This document shows, piece by piece, positions 48,812 to 63,345 of a stretch of DNA of 64,000 nucleotides (position 1 is the stretch's first letter; every line of letters starts with the position of its first letter). The notes beneath the pieces are model-generated. The model saw nothing but the letters and a program-made list of their open reading frames with translations. It was not told the origin of the DNA and made no database searches. The translations under genes were made by a program, and so were the position numbers. The DNA is from Eledone cirrhosa (lineage: Eukaryota), in the NCBI GenBank assembly GCA_964016885.1, contig OZ024750.1, forward strand, positions 23,312,001-23,376,000. The letters are read 5' to 3'.

Positions 48812-50749
48812 TTAATCTATTTTTCAAATGATGTCTTAAAATTAAGAACATTTACCAAAAAAAATAAATGCTTTACAAATATAAAACATCGACTTTATTC
48901 AGCAAAATATTCCAACCTTATTTTTAACAGTTTTAAAAGATAATAAAAAATATAATTTTTTTAAAAATTGCCCTCGATTTGGAAAAGTTGTGTCATGCAA
49001 ATTAAATTAAGTTCATAGAATAAATAATGAATAAAGTGTAAATTCAGAACTAACAGTTGTTTTTAGAAATAAATTGATTATAAAATAAACAAATGATGCA
49101 AGAGAAATTTTATAATATTCAAATGTAGACATATTTAAATCAAATCTATTTCGATTAAGTTCTCTATTACTTGAAACTAATTAAAAAAATATATAAATTC
49201 ATGATTTAGTAAATGTTTATCTCTTAATATCCTGTAATGATTTGGTAAAAAATATTTAATTGTTAATTCAAATGTTTATAGAATTTTTACTAGTAGATAG
49301 ATTTTTGTGAAAATTTGCAAAAAACGACTTTAATTTTTCATGATAGAGTCATAGTGCTGTCTTTTTTTACTTTTCAAGAATGTCTTGCTAATCTGGTTTC
49401 AAGTGGTACAGGATGTTAAGAGTTAGTGTTTGATTTTCTTTTAAAATAATTCTAAGTTATATTTTCTTTGGAGTATTCTGGTAGACTGTTTCTGGTTTTA
49501 ATTGATACCAAAATATTTAGTATGTAAAGTATCTTGGTATACCATTGTAAGCCACATTGATTAACTATCTTCAAAATGTTTATTTAATATTTTTACTCCA
49601 TGTTTTGAGGTCTTTCTTTAAATAAAGATGTATAATTTTAGTATATTAAACTTTCTTGAATATGGAGAGAAAATTAATATTGGAGTCATATAAATTAGGG
49701 TTTCTGGTTTATTTCATGGACATAATTTACCTGTTGTCAACTCTCTGGCATTGAGGAGCTCTACATCAGCCCTCCAAAATTTGGTTCCCAAAACCCTTAG
49801 TTTCCGCAAAAATATTCTAGTATTTCCACAAGATAAGGAGTCTTTTAATAAAAATTTATTGTTTTTTTTATAAGAATAAATTTTCTCTCTAAAATAATTT
49901 TTGGACAATAAGTCTTATAAAAATTAGAGTGGTGGTGTGGGGAGGGGGGTTATACGTATGGGTTATGCTTTTATTTTTTTGGAAAAAATATTTAAGGGTT
50001 CTGTAACAAATTTAGTTTGGGAGCCACTGGTCTACATCAATGAACTTAAAACAGTAGATTTCAATTGCTTGAAATACACTTGCTGATTGTAATACACCTG
50101 TAGTCTGCAGTACAACTGTTGTCTGTAGTACATCTGTTGCTTGTAGTACATCTGTTGATCGAAGCCGAAATATCGATTGTAGTACATCTGTGGTCGGCAG
50201 TACATCATCACCATTTTAATGTCTCATCTCTATGCTGGCATACATTCGATAGGTATTTAAGTTCCAAATCAATTCTTATTCAGAGATACTGTCTTCCTAG
50301 ACTTGCACTTCACTCCGAGTTCAAATTCTGTTGAGGTAAACTTTGCCTTTCATTTTTTTAGTGTGATAAAATAACGTACCAATCCAGGTTAGTGGATTGC
50401 CAGAATTGTTAGTGCATTGGACGAGATACCTAGCACTAACTGTTCCAGCTCTTTGAGCTCTGAGTTCAAATCTTGCTGGTAGACTTAATCTGTCACCCAA
50501 TTTAACACCACCATATCATGGCTCTTGAGTGCCTTTAGTGGAGCCGACTGCATTGTAAACTTTGGGGCAAGAACTGTTTAAAAAAACTTTCTCTTTTCTT
50601 CTCTCTCATCAGTCTCAGAAGCTCTAAAAACAGAGTCATTGGTCCAGCTCTTCCTTCTCTAATTATTGATCAACATACCAAGTAGGAAATAATTCTAGTA
50701 CATAGTTCACAGCAACAAAAGGATTGGTTTATGAATACTAACATTCTTA

Positions 50750-51290
50750 ATGGACACAGTGCCAAATATTTCCACTGAATTGTATTAACAGATGTATTGC
50801 TAAAATATTTCACCCAGTTAGATTAACAAATGCAGTCCATCAAAATTCCACTGAACTATGATGCCAAAAATTTCCACTGGGCTGGATTAACAAATGCTGT
50901 GTCAAATATTTCCACTGAGTTTGATTAACAGATGTAATGACAAAAATTTCCACTAATTTGGATTAGCAGACGTTGTGCCAAATATTTCCACAAAGCTGGA
51001 TAAATAAATGTTGTACCCCCAAAAAATCTAAACTATATTTACAGATGTGTTGTCAAAAATTCCACTGAGCTGGATGAACAGATGTGATGACAAATGTTTC
51101 CACTGAACTGGTTTAACAGATGTAGTTCCAAAACATTTCACTGGGCTGAATTAATAGAAAAACATTAAGGAACAGATCAGATTGGGCCAAGGAAACAATG
51201 TTTCCATTGGTGATACATTTTGCTGGTCACTACTCCTGGGAAAAGTATATTAACAGATGTGTTGCCAAGTATTTTGTACTGAACTGGATT
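50750..51290. repeat. Diverged ~40-bp tandem repeat AAATTTCCACTGAACTGGATTAACAGATGT
   Basis: Recurrent motif. Confidence 0.75.
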
Positions 51291-52449
51291 TAAAATAAGG
51301 TATTAAATACATCATCCAATCTAGATTAATAGATTTTTTACCCCCAACCAATGTATCCAGGGCCGGATTATACAAGTTTGAGGCCTGTAGCATATATTAT
51401 AAAAGGGCCCTAAATAATTAAAAAATATTACATAAAGGTTAAAGAGAGTATAGTACTATAGTATACAGTTCTTAGCACAAGGGACCCATAGCAGTTGCTA
51501 CTCTTGCTACTAGGTTAGGTTAATCCAACACTGCAGCTACTAAATCAACTAGTTGTACTACAGTTGAAACACACGAGAAACCTCATATGAGACATAACCT
51601 CAGAGAAAGCCAGTTAAACCTACATAGTTGTGAACTATAACAACTACAGTTAACCAGTATAGCACTAGCAGGTTTTTATATATTAGACTCCATTACGAAG
51701 CCCAAAATACTACACAGGCAAATATATCAGCCTAAAAATGTCATATTTTTCTATAATATTTTTAAAATTAACCTATATATTTTCTGCTATATAGTTATAT
51801 AAAAGGCCATATTGTTTAAAAGGTTAAACTAATGGTTATTTCCTTTGTGAGTCACTCTCCTTTCTGAGACATCATAAAATATTTTAGGGAATTTACCCAA
51901 AACTAACTTTTAGCATGCCTTCACCCTTTCATGGCCATATTTCTAATGAAATATACTATTTCATTTGATTAATGAAGAATTTGACAAGATTTACAAAAAT
52001 TATTAATTATTAATTAACTCTTTCATGACTATATTGCTAGTGAAATTCTCTCCATTTCAATTTATTAAGGTAGGAACTTAACAAATGGTTTTTATATATA
52101 ATTATACTGAAAGATTTTAATTTAAATAGGAGTCCTTTAAAATGGGTGGTTTTATTTCATAGAACCATTGATGGCTTTTCATATCAAATTATGTTGATAT
52201 GAAAAATGAATGTTCTAGGGGTGGTTAGCATAAAAAAGGGTTACTGTATTAATTTTTCTGTGTTGCTGATATTTTAATGAGTATCATGACTTCTGAAGTC
52301 TGTACCAGATAGTAAAGGAAGTAATAGCAACTTTGTTAAATATCTGATGCTGTTGGTAGTATACCAAGAGCTATTAAATACTTGGTATTATGTTGAGTAC
52401 CAGTTCTTGTGTTAAGTTGAGCATCAGGATTCTAAGCAATATTCTAAGT

Positions 52450-52790
52450 ATTTTAATTGGTAAAATTGTATTGCAAGTACCATGTTTTAATGGACAAGAG
52501 TGTATTGTGTGTACTAAATATCTTAATGGGTAAAGGTGTATTCTGTGTACCAAATATTTTAATGGGTAAAAGTGTATTGTTTATACTAAATATTTTAATT
52601 GTACAAGTGCATTGTGTGTACTAAATATTTTAATGGGTAAACGTGTATGGTTTATACTAAATATTTTAATGGTACAAGTGCATTGTGTGTACTAAATATT
52701 TTAATGGGTAAAAGTGTATTGTTTATACTAAATATTTTAAAGTGTATTGTATGTACTAAATATTTTTATGAGTACAAGTGTTGTGTGTAC
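52450..52790. repeat. ~36-bp tandem repeat ACTAAATATTTTAATGGGTAAAAGTGTATTGT
   Basis: Direct tandem units. Confidence 0.8.
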
Positions 52791-52978
52791 CAGCTTTGGT
52801 TTTCTTGCTTTACTAAGTATACCATGGGTACATTATAAACACTGCAAATCATCATCATCCTTTTACACCTGATGGCATGGGTTATATAGGTGGTTATGAT
52901 TCAAGACTAGCCTGGTCAGAATGACCTCATCTTGCTCATATGTTCCATATTGAGCACTACAAATTACATTATTATTAA

Positions 52979-53173
52979 CCCTTAACATCCTGTAATGATT
53001 TAGCAGAAAACATCTACGAAATAGTTTTAATTCAAATGTTTATAGTATCTTTACTAATGGACAGTTCATTGTGAAAACTCGCAGTATAAGAGTAATGTTA
53101 TGCAGTCATAGTGCTATTTTATACTTTTCAAGAATATCTTGCTCATGTGGTTTCATGCGGTATAGGATGTTAA
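52979..53173 (+). mobile_element. Second TTAA-type MITE family (CCCTTAACATCCTGTA...TACAGGATGTTAAGGG); relatives at ~49222-49422 and ~57205-57394
   Basis: Shared TIRs and internal AAATGTTTATAG block. Confidence 0.7.
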
Positions 53174-53629
53174 AATTTAATATATAATTAAAGAGGAAAA
53201 CAATAAAACCATCTTTCCCCCATCCCGTCTGTTTTCATATCACACACACACACACATATCATACCACACACAAACACATATCACATCACACACAAACACA
53301 TCATATCACACGCAAACACATCATCTCACACACAAACACATCATATCACACACAAACACATATTGTCATATCACACATATTCATAGTCATCATATCACAC
53401 ACATTATCTTCCCCTCACACACTCAACTGTCATAATCATCCACTCTCATACATACTAGCATCATCATCACTATCATTACCGTTCACTTTCTCCCTCTCAC
53501 ACACATACACACTCAACAATCATCATCATTCACTTTTTATCCCTATTTCTCACTCACACTGCCATTATCCTCATTATCTAATGCTGTATAAAATATATGT
53601 GTAATAATTTAACAAGCAAACCAAACACT

Positions 53630-53990
53630 CCTGATCAGTCCAGTCCAGATCAGACTAGATCAGATCAGTTTAGTCCAGACCAGGCTAGACTAATACAGTC
53701 CAGTCCAGACCAGACCAAACCAGTTCAGATTAGGTTAGTCCAGACATGACTAGACTAGTCCACTCCAGTCCAGATGAGACCATTCCAGATTAGATCAGAT
53801 CAGTTTAGAGTTTAGTCCAGACCAGGCTAGACTAGTCCAGTCCAGACCAGATTAGTTTAGTCCAGACCAGATCAAGCTAGACTAGACCAGCCCAGATTAG
53901 ATCATATCAGTTTAGTCCAGACCAGACCAGGCTAGACTAGTCCAGTCCAGACCAGACTAGGCTAGATTAAATATCAGTTCAGTCTAGTAT
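53630..53990. repeat. 5-bp-period degenerate satellite (CCAGA/CTAGA/CCAGT/TTAGT)
   Basis: xxAGx pentamers in register. Confidence 0.85.
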
Positions 53991-55251
53991 ATTTCAGTGT
54001 TCAGTACAGTAAAGGCACAAAGACAATCAGTCAGTTACCTAGAATAAAATATATATATATACAGAGAGAGAGAGAGGTTGATTAAACAATCAAAGAGAGG
54101 TCTGATAGAGAGTGAAGATAGGAAATGTGTAGACCACATAAGCGGGAGTTGACTGACATTGTTTTTAATGGTTGGCACAAACAGGATACAACTGCCTCCT
54201 TTTTATCTGAGTCTTTTTAATCATTCTTTAGAATTATTTCATTTTCTGATTCTGTTTTTTCTCCTCCTTCTCATTCTCCCAAATACACACGCAAACACAA
54301 ACACACACAAGTCAAGATTAACCAAATGGTTATGAAAATATTAAATGTAGATTTTCTTTCTGCTCAAGAAACATGGAAGAAACAAATAAATATAAATTTG
54401 GAAATCTGCTGGGAGGTTTTTTTAAACTGCCACAGTGTGTTCTGAACTATGCACTATAAAATAGCTGAATAACTGTAATGGAATGCTGCAGTTGTCCTGT
54501 ATATGACAGAATAATAGTTTGATTGCCAGCAGGTCCATTACCTGTAGGTATGTCTCTGTCAACACCTTTTTAATGTTATATCCAGGGTAAATTCACCCAA
54601 ATTATTCGACTATTTTACAATTTATCTTATGCATTGTGGCAACTTTTTTTCAAATTTCCAAATTTGCCTAATAGAATTTTGTAAAGAAAAAGAAAATTTA
54701 AATCTAAAAAAATAAATAAATGTTAAATGTGGTACTCCAGCATGGCCACAGTCCACAGGCAGGAACAGATTTTTTGCTTGAGAAAATACGGAAACAAAAA
54801 TAAAATAAAATAATAAATAAATAAATAAATGTTAATGCTACCCTAGCTTGGCTCACATGACAGGACAGGTAAAAGAGTAAATGAAATACAAAACAGAAAA
54901 AAAAAAAGAAACAAAATATACATTAAAAAATATTAACAAAATGAATCACACCACAAGAAGAGAAAAGAAACTGAAAAATTACCGATAAATAGTTTAATAT
55001 ATCTACAAAAAATCGCACGGTGTTAAAAGTGGAAGAAAAAGATGGATTATAGGCTTGGATTGGGTCGATTGGATTGGAGTTATAAATCAAGGGATTTTCT
55101 ATGGTTTATGCGATCTTGGTTGAAATGGGAAATCAGAAACAAAGACGAGATCTATGAATCCCAAAAAAGAATGATGCTTCTACCTGCTGTTCACAGCAGT
55201 GGTTTTCTGTGTTTGTGTGTATGGTGCATATATTGGTTCACATGACTACAA

Positions 55252-55681
<430 letters not shown>

Positions 55682-55918
55682 GGTATATATGTGTGTTTAT
55701 GCGTGTATGTATGTAGAAGTGTATGTTGGTTGGTGGAGAGGGAGAGACAGGAGGTGTTATTATAATGAAAAAATGAATAGAGGCTCAAACTGATGGGCGT
55801 TTTTTATAATTTTTTTTTTTTCATGAGCCATTCTTTGGTCACCAGCAGATTTGAGCAGGGTTGACCAACTTCACCAATGACTGGTACCAACTCCTATGTG
55901 TGATTCGATTGTGAAAAT

Positions 55919-57578
55919 TTAGCTGCTCTTCTTTGCCCTCCCTGCGCGTTTCACAGTTCGTCGGCCTGCAAAGGTACAGATAAAACCCAAATATCAAAAT
56001 TAGAAAAGAAGATATTTTTTTTTTCAAAGAAAATGTTAAGGTATATTTATCAGCTATTGTAGGTGTAGGCATGGATGTGTGGTTAAGAAGTATTGGTATT
56101 GGTATGGTCCCATAACTCCTGATAGAGTCGTAGGGGCACCGTATTGACATACAGCATTTCTTGAGCATTTTAAGCCTGGCAGAGCCCATCCATCTCCAGC
56201 AGATTTCTTCCAGAGAAAGATGAGAGAGAGGAAATGGTATTTTTTTTATCGACCTTGAAAGGATGAAAGGCAAATTTGATCTCGGTGGGGTTTGAACTCA
56301 GAGAGACGGGAGCCGGAACGAATACCATAGAGCATTCTATCTGACGTTCAAACGACTCTGCCAATTCGCCACCTATAAGAAGTATACACAGTTGATGTAT
56401 ATACATGTTAGTGTAGTTACTAATATTACTGTGTATAAGCAGTATACGCAGTACTATTAGTAACTACATCAACATCCTCACTAATTCATACATATTTCAG
56501 CAGTAACTATATTGTATTTTGTATATCTAGGACTACATAATCTATCATGTTCTTCCTTGTTATTAACTTCCAAGTCATCTCCAATACAGCAGACATGTTC
56601 CAGCAGTAGTTCAAACATAGTATATCTAGGACTACATCATCTAATGTGTTCTGCCTTGTTATTATTATGCTCCAGCAAGTTTAAACATAGTATATCTAGG
56701 ACTACATAATCTAATGTGTTCTATCTTGTTATTATTATGCTCCTGAGAGAATTCTGGCCAGGTACAGCCGGTTTAAATGCTAAAGGGTTTAACAAGAACT
56801 TCAAAGTTAAATACTTACCCCTTTTCTTGCTTTTCTTTGTAGATTTCTTTGGAGGTGGTGCTGGAAAAGATTTTTAAAAATGACAATGCAAGAAAACAAA
56901 GTTAGCCCTAATTAGATAATAAAATATACATAAAACAAAATTTAAAAACATATATATATATATAAATTCAACTTTTAACATCCTGTAAGGTGGTTAATGA
57001 TAGGAAAGGCATCTATGTCCATGAGGCCTCATCTGTTGTCAAAGACATGACAACCTCCCTAGTACTAATACCACAAAAATACACTCAGGACATTCTGTAG
57101 AGACTGCAGGAATGTATACAAGCAAGGTGCAGTCCCTAGCCCATCAGAGTGGTCAGTAGCTCTGATAGAGTAGAGAGAACAGACATTAAACGATGATGAT
57201 GATGATCCTGCAATGATTTAGCCAAAAATGTCTAAAATCAGGTTACATCAAATGTTTATAGAGTCTTTAATAGTGAGCAGATCATTGTAAAAATTGACAG
57301 TATTAAAGTAAATATTTGAATATCTAAAGTGATGTTTTGTACTTTTCAAGCATGTCTTGCTAATGTGGTTTCATGTGGTACAGGATGTTAAGGGTTAAAA
57401 AACAAAATATTACTATCCAATGATTAACATAACATGTTTGATACTTAATATGACACATCTAAAAACTGATGTGACATGTTTGAAGACTGAAGTGACACGT
57501 CTGAAGACTGATATTACTATGACATGCTTGAAGTTTGATATTACTATGACATGTTTCAAGTCTGGTATGACATGCTTG

Positions 57579-57622
<44 letters not shown>

Positions 57623-58550
57623 AACATGTTAATCATCAGAAACAGGAAAAAAATAAAGATCAGAGATTTACATATAGGAGGTATAAGACAAGTATCCCCC
57701 CCTCTCCTGTAAATATCTGAAGGTTCTCTTCTCCATTAGATGCCAAAGAGAGACTCCTGTGAATATCTGGTAACCCTGCCCCTTTAAAAAAACCTTCTTG
57801 CCTGAAAGTAATTTTGCTCCACTTAGAAAAATGTCTTCCTGGGTGAGAATCAAACTGTATCTCTCTACCTCAATGGTTAGAGCACTGAGTCAGAATTTGA
57901 GAGATACTGACTTCGATTCCCTGCAGTGACTACTGGCTATATTTTTCCCTCCATAGAGGTATCTTTCACAATTTTCTAAGTTGTGGTTACAGTTATCTTT
58001 TGTGTTCATAATTCAAACTAAAACATTGTAAATAGTTGTAACAAATTAAATAGAAGAAAGCAACAGTATCTTCAATATAATATAATACTTTTATATTTTT
58101 CCAAATCCAACCCAACCATCCCCTCAATCTATCTTATTTCTCATTCTTTCTTCTGATGAAGAACTAGTGTCTGAAATGTTATTTCAAGCATTAACCTAAT
58201 ATATTCCTTCCATATACTGTACTGATTGTGTTGTTATTTCTGTTTACCTTTTACATGTATATATATATGAATTACTACCTCCTTACAGATAACTGATGCT
58301 GCACACCAGGTCCGAACACTGATGAGCCGAACTCCCACTGTCATCACCTCCATCTCTCTGTATTATGAGGAAATGGGGTCCCAGAATGGATGTGTGTGTG
58401 TTTTCTAACTGTACCTTCATTAGTCTTTGCATCTTCCTCCGGGGCAGGAGCATCCCCAGGTGATTTGCTCTCTTTGTCTTCCTTACCCTCCACAGGTTCA
58501 GCAGCTGGGGCATCAGCTTTCTTGTTTGCCTTGCTCTTTGTAGCTGCCAT
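55919..58550 (-). CDS. Small 74-aa protein with acidic N-half and basic C-tail; coding exons 58550-58415, 56860-56819, 55965-55919
   Basis: Phase-1/phase-1 GT-AG splicing gives MAATKSKANKKADAPAAEPVEGKEDKESKSPGDAPAPEEDAKTNEAPPPKKSTKKSKKRGRRTVKRAGRAKKSS*. Acceptors: ttttgcag (58588, 5' UTR), ttttccag, ctttgcag. Donors: gtacag, gtaagt. Confidence 0.75.
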
Positions 58551-59045
58551 TATGAGATGATTAAATCAAGTGAAGAATAGAAAAAGCCTGCAAAAATACA
58601 AGACAAATACATAGTTTAATGGAATGGCAATAATGAGTATATTTGTTGGCTTACTGTGATGGAGAACAAACAGTGCGATTAGATCTTCTAGCAGTATAAG
58701 ATTTATGAAGGTGGTGAATGTGCAGAATCATTAGCATTCCTTGGTATTTGTTCCAACTTTCCGTGCTCTGACTTGAAATCCTGTCATTGTCAACTTTGCC
58801 CTCTATCCTTTCAAGGTTGATAAATAAAGTACCAGTCCAGCATTAGGGTCAATCCTTCCTCTATATCTCTCTCTCCTTTTCCAGAAGAAATTGGCTGTAT
58901 TTAGGGTGGATGAGGGATGGGCTCCACCAGGTCCAAGTCGTGCTATGTGTCAAGCTGATGACCCTGTGACTCTACTACAGTTTCTGTTTAGTCATGAAAA
59001 GACACAAAAGTTGATACTAGTATGATTATAAACAACAAAATAATG

Positions 59046-59240
59046 GTTTCTACTTTAGGCACAAGGCCAGCAATTTGAAGGGAAAGTCAATTAAATCGAC
59101 CCCAGTGCATTACTGGTGCTTTATTTTATCGATCCCGTAAGGATGAAAGGCAAGGCTAACCTCAGTGGGATTTGAACTCAGAATGTAAAGGGCCATAACT
59201 CTATGCTGCAAAGCATATTGTCCGACACTCTACCGATATG
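59046..59240 (-). mobile_element. tRNA-SINE copy; further copies at ~360-525, 5530-5720, 24410-24560 and 56235-56372
   Basis: Same diagnostic core and B box. Confidence 0.8.
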
Positions 59241-61775
59241 TGGAAATTTGATTCTCATGGTTATTATATAGATGGTACAGCAGAAACAAAATCCCAGAAT
59301 TTTTTTCATGGAACAGTCTGCTTATGAAATCAACATGCATGTGGCTGAGCATTCCACAAACACATGTACCCATAATGCAATTCTCATACCACCAGGATTG
59401 AACTCACAACCGTACAATCATGTGCCAAACACCTGAACCACTAAGACAGACATCTTCACTAGCACAATACCTGCTGGGAGAATTGATATGTGGTCACTTG
59501 ACTTGTTCACAATTGAAGCCAAATTTACTTTAAATCACACCATACCAAGAGTGTTTTATCGTGGTGCTGTCACAACCACTTAACAGGGTTGACTGGATGA
59601 TTTTTATTGTGGTACCAGCACTATCACTTTACAGGAGGGTCGTCCATGCTGGGAGGCAAGTCTAGCCATGCTGCACCTTGCTCCAGTGAGGACTGTAAAT
59701 TTGGCCAGGTATTTTACAGTTGGATGCCTTTCCTAACACCAATCACATTTACAGTGTGGGACTGGGTGGCTCCATCATGAGGAGGAACAGGCCATTTGGC
59801 CACGTGAAACCCGTCTCTTAAAAAACATAAAAAGACATAGTATAATTGGAACATGTTTCGAACAAGTTTGGGTCAATTTCTTGCGAATAGTGAGAATGTT
59901 TTACAGATTTTGAAGGTTCCAGATATCGTAGCCATTTGTAAGCTTATGAATTAAGGAACTGCCTTCTTTCTCCACAAAGTTAAACTTTCACTTGTTTTGC
60001 AACCTTATTGGTATTCATTAAAAATTATATTGTCTCTAATGGCATCATCAAATAACCAGGGCTGTATAAGGTTTACTAGGCTGTAGACCCGTTTGCAACA
60101 AACCCAGAGTGGGCCAGATTTATTTTAAATATATTTTAAAACTGCACAAGTCTTTGAGACGGGAGCATTCACCCAGTGTTTGGTATTCTCTGAGCCTGAG
60201 AAGCATTTGTAATGACTATTTTAAACATTTTATGAGTGTTTTAAGCCTTTTAACCATCCTTTATGATGCAAGTACATGTAGTATTTGATACAAAATGTAA
60301 ACTTACTGCACAAAATTAAATTTAGAACTGTACAAACAAGAGTTAACTGTCTGGTAAAATGATCACTGGGAGTGTGGCAGAGGTGGACCTCCATTTGGTT
60401 GGCAGGGGTGAGGAGCACAGATGCTTGTACTGTGATGGAGGCCCTTTCACAACACTGAGAGGTCCTGAAGCTAGAGCTTCATTAAAAATCATAGATCTGC
60501 CACTAGGAGATGGGGGTATGTAAAAGTAATTAATGCTAAAGAAACAATTACATGGAAGAGTCATTGTAACTATTTAAAAACACAAAAGATATGTCAATGA
60601 CTAAATTATAAACAGTAGAACAAAAATTTTAATACTAAGGAATAAATACTAAATGTTAAGTGAATTGAACAGTTTTTGTGTTTGGTGCAAAAGTAGAGTG
60701 ACAAAATTTTTGACACCAGACATAAAGTGAGTTAAACAATTTTTGTATTTGTAGAACTGTGTTAGTGACCAGGTTACAAACTGTGATAAAGATTTTGACA
60801 CTCAGTATTCAATGAATAATTTTTAGTGTTGAACTGTGTCAGTGACCAGGTTGCAAAGGTTGAGATGAAAATTTTGACACTAAGAAATAAATGATATATG
60901 TAATGTGTAGTTACCACTTTTTATGTGTTTTTGAATGACAGAAATGAATCATTATTGTATTTGTTGTGTAATTGCTGTCTCAGATCAAGTCACTAGCCAG
61001 ACAAGAAACATATTTATCAATTATTCAATCTGGGTACTTATTTTTTTTACAGTTCATATCTAAGAAAGTATATAATGTTGATTTTTTTTTTTTTTTTACT
61101 TTTCATCATATATAGTAGTTATTGCTGAACCCTCAGTTAGCCTGTTCTTTTGACTGAGCTGCAATCATGGATCAAGTATCTAGCATTGGGAATCTTGTCA
61201 GCCTAACATCAATTGGGTAATGTGGTTGATGGAAATTCCACATTAGTGTTTTATAGAATACTGGTGTGGTGGGGGAAGAGTTCTAAGGAAAACTTATGGC
61301 ATCGACCAGAATGAACTGGGGACTGTGAATGATTCCCAGAAATCCCTGGTCTGGTAGTGCTACTGATGAGGAGAGGACAGTCCAAGATAAACTCTATAGG
61401 CATTGAAGTGCTGTTCGAGATGCATGTGGGGTGATGAAATCATTCTGGATGTACTTGTATAGTGTCTGTACATTGCTGACATATGGAGTTTTGTTGAGCC
61501 GCTGTTGTTGCATGTAGGATGGATTTGGCTATTAGCTGACTCCATCACTTTCTTTTTTCCAAGAAGGGCAGGTGACTACAGCAAAAGAGATTGTGTAATG
61601 GACAAGGTTGAAGTTGCTAAAGAAAGACACATTTTTGTTTTTGGCCAAGCTCTCATTGACCTTTTTGGAAATTCCACTTGGAAAAGAAGGTGAAGGTAGA
61701 ATGAAAAGTACTACTCCCTAATATATTTGTTAAAAGGTAAATGTAGTGAGAATGGCCCAAGTGAATCTGCTTTAA

Positions 61776-61980
61776 CCCTTTAGGATTTAAACTGGCCGTA
61801 TCCAGCCAGAATTCTCATCCTTTCTGTTCAAACTGGCCATAACTGGTCCCTCATATCGACTTTAAGGTATTGTTTTCAAAATAAATAATACCAAAATCTC
61901 ATAGATTCGATATTATGTGAGATAAAGCCTTCTCTGTGAAAATACAATAGTAAATATAGAGTAATGTAAATGCTAAAGGG
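61776..61980 (-). mobile_element. piggyBac-type MITE, same family; partial copies at ~33075-33360 and ~56745-56790
   Basis: TTAA-flanked TIRs. Confidence 0.85.
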
Positions 61981-62215
61981 TTAAGCATGTAGATGTAGGC
62001 TGGAAAGAATGGAGAGAACGAGCAGCCTATGGAGCTCTTGGTGACTGGACTGATCTTTGATATGTGGGGTTCCTTGTTTACCAATGGTTAATAATGGAAT
62101 CATTACTTTTATTATTAAGACATAATTGTTAGTGTGTTAGATGAAAGGCATTGAAGTATTTCGTGTAGATCCCTCTCTACATTCTAGTTTGAAATTAAAA
62201 GGACACCACACATTT

Positions 62216-62638
62216 ATTAAGTTGAAACAACGTCTAGCAACTGTGATTATCCAAGAAATTAGTAAATAATATTACACTCTAGCGGTTGTTTAAAATATAT
62301 ATAAATAGGCAAGGGAGGTAACTCGAATAATAGGAGTAATGTTCGAAATTTTTGGACATCTGGAACCTTCAAAATCTGTAAACCATTCTCACTATTCAAA
62401 GGATGAACGACATCACACAGGACGAAAATTGTTCCTTTTCTTTGGTGGCCGGTTAAAAATAAACTAGGAATTAAAAAGACAACACATATACATATATATT
62501 AAGTTGAAACAACATCTAGCAACTGAGATTATCGAAGAAATTAGCAAATAACATCGCACTCTAGCGGTTGTTTAAAATATATAAATAGGCAAGGGAGGTA
62601 ACTCGAATAATGTCAGTAATGATCGAATTTTTTGGACA
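62216..62638. repeat. ~140-bp direct duplication (62216-62358 and 62498-62638)
   Basis: ATTAAGTTGAAACAAC...TTTTTGGACA occurs twice. Confidence 0.8.
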
Positions 62639-63074
62639 ATACCGACAATGCAAAATGGAGTAGATGTGGTATGTAAAGCTCACTGGAAGAAGTAACATGC
62701 ATGCTTTCGTCTTAGCTGATAGACTTCCTCGACGAAGTATATTCTACTCAGCAAGACTAAGAGTGATCAATACACACACATGTAGCTTCCATATCTTCAG
62801 TTATAGATTTGCTTCATCAGGACTGAACTGAGACTAAACAACACAGTAATATATTATAAACAGACATAATATATTTTATATACTGAAACCTTTGAATGCA
62901 GAAAATAATACATGGAGGGAATGTGTATTTGATTTATTAAGACATCTATATTCAGTTTTGAAAATCACAATAAGTTAAGACGAGGTTGTCTCCCTTGACA
63001 ACTATAATTTAATTTTCAATTCATATTTCTCCACTTTACTGGTAGGGTCTGGCATAGGTAATATAGCGGATAAT

Positions 63075-63345
63075 ATGAAGGCATGTGGCTTAATGGTTGA
63101 GGGTATTCGACTTACGATCCGAAGGTAGTGAGTTCGAATCTCAGCGGTGCATTATGTCCTTGAGCAAGACACTTTATGTCATGTTGCTTCAGTTCACTCA
63201 CGTGACAAGTTCTATTTGGTCACACCTTGTATCACGCTGAATATCCTGAGAAGTGCGTTAAGGGCGTACACGTGTCTGTGGAATGCTCAGCCATTTGCAC
63301 GTTAATTTCACGTGCTGGCTCATCGTCAGAATCGATGGACGACCA
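63075..63345 (+). mobile_element. Second tRNA-derived SINE family with a CORE-like block; relatives at ~2230-2400, 20765-20870, 24135-24250 and 45945-46110
   Basis: TGGCTTAATGGTT (A box), GAGTTCGAATCTC (B box), then TGTCCTTGAGCAAGACACTTTA. Confidence 0.7.

Noticed and set aside
61100-61700. Possible coding exon or LINE RT fragment
   Set aside because: Multiple stops in the frames examined and no motif I can name with confidence.
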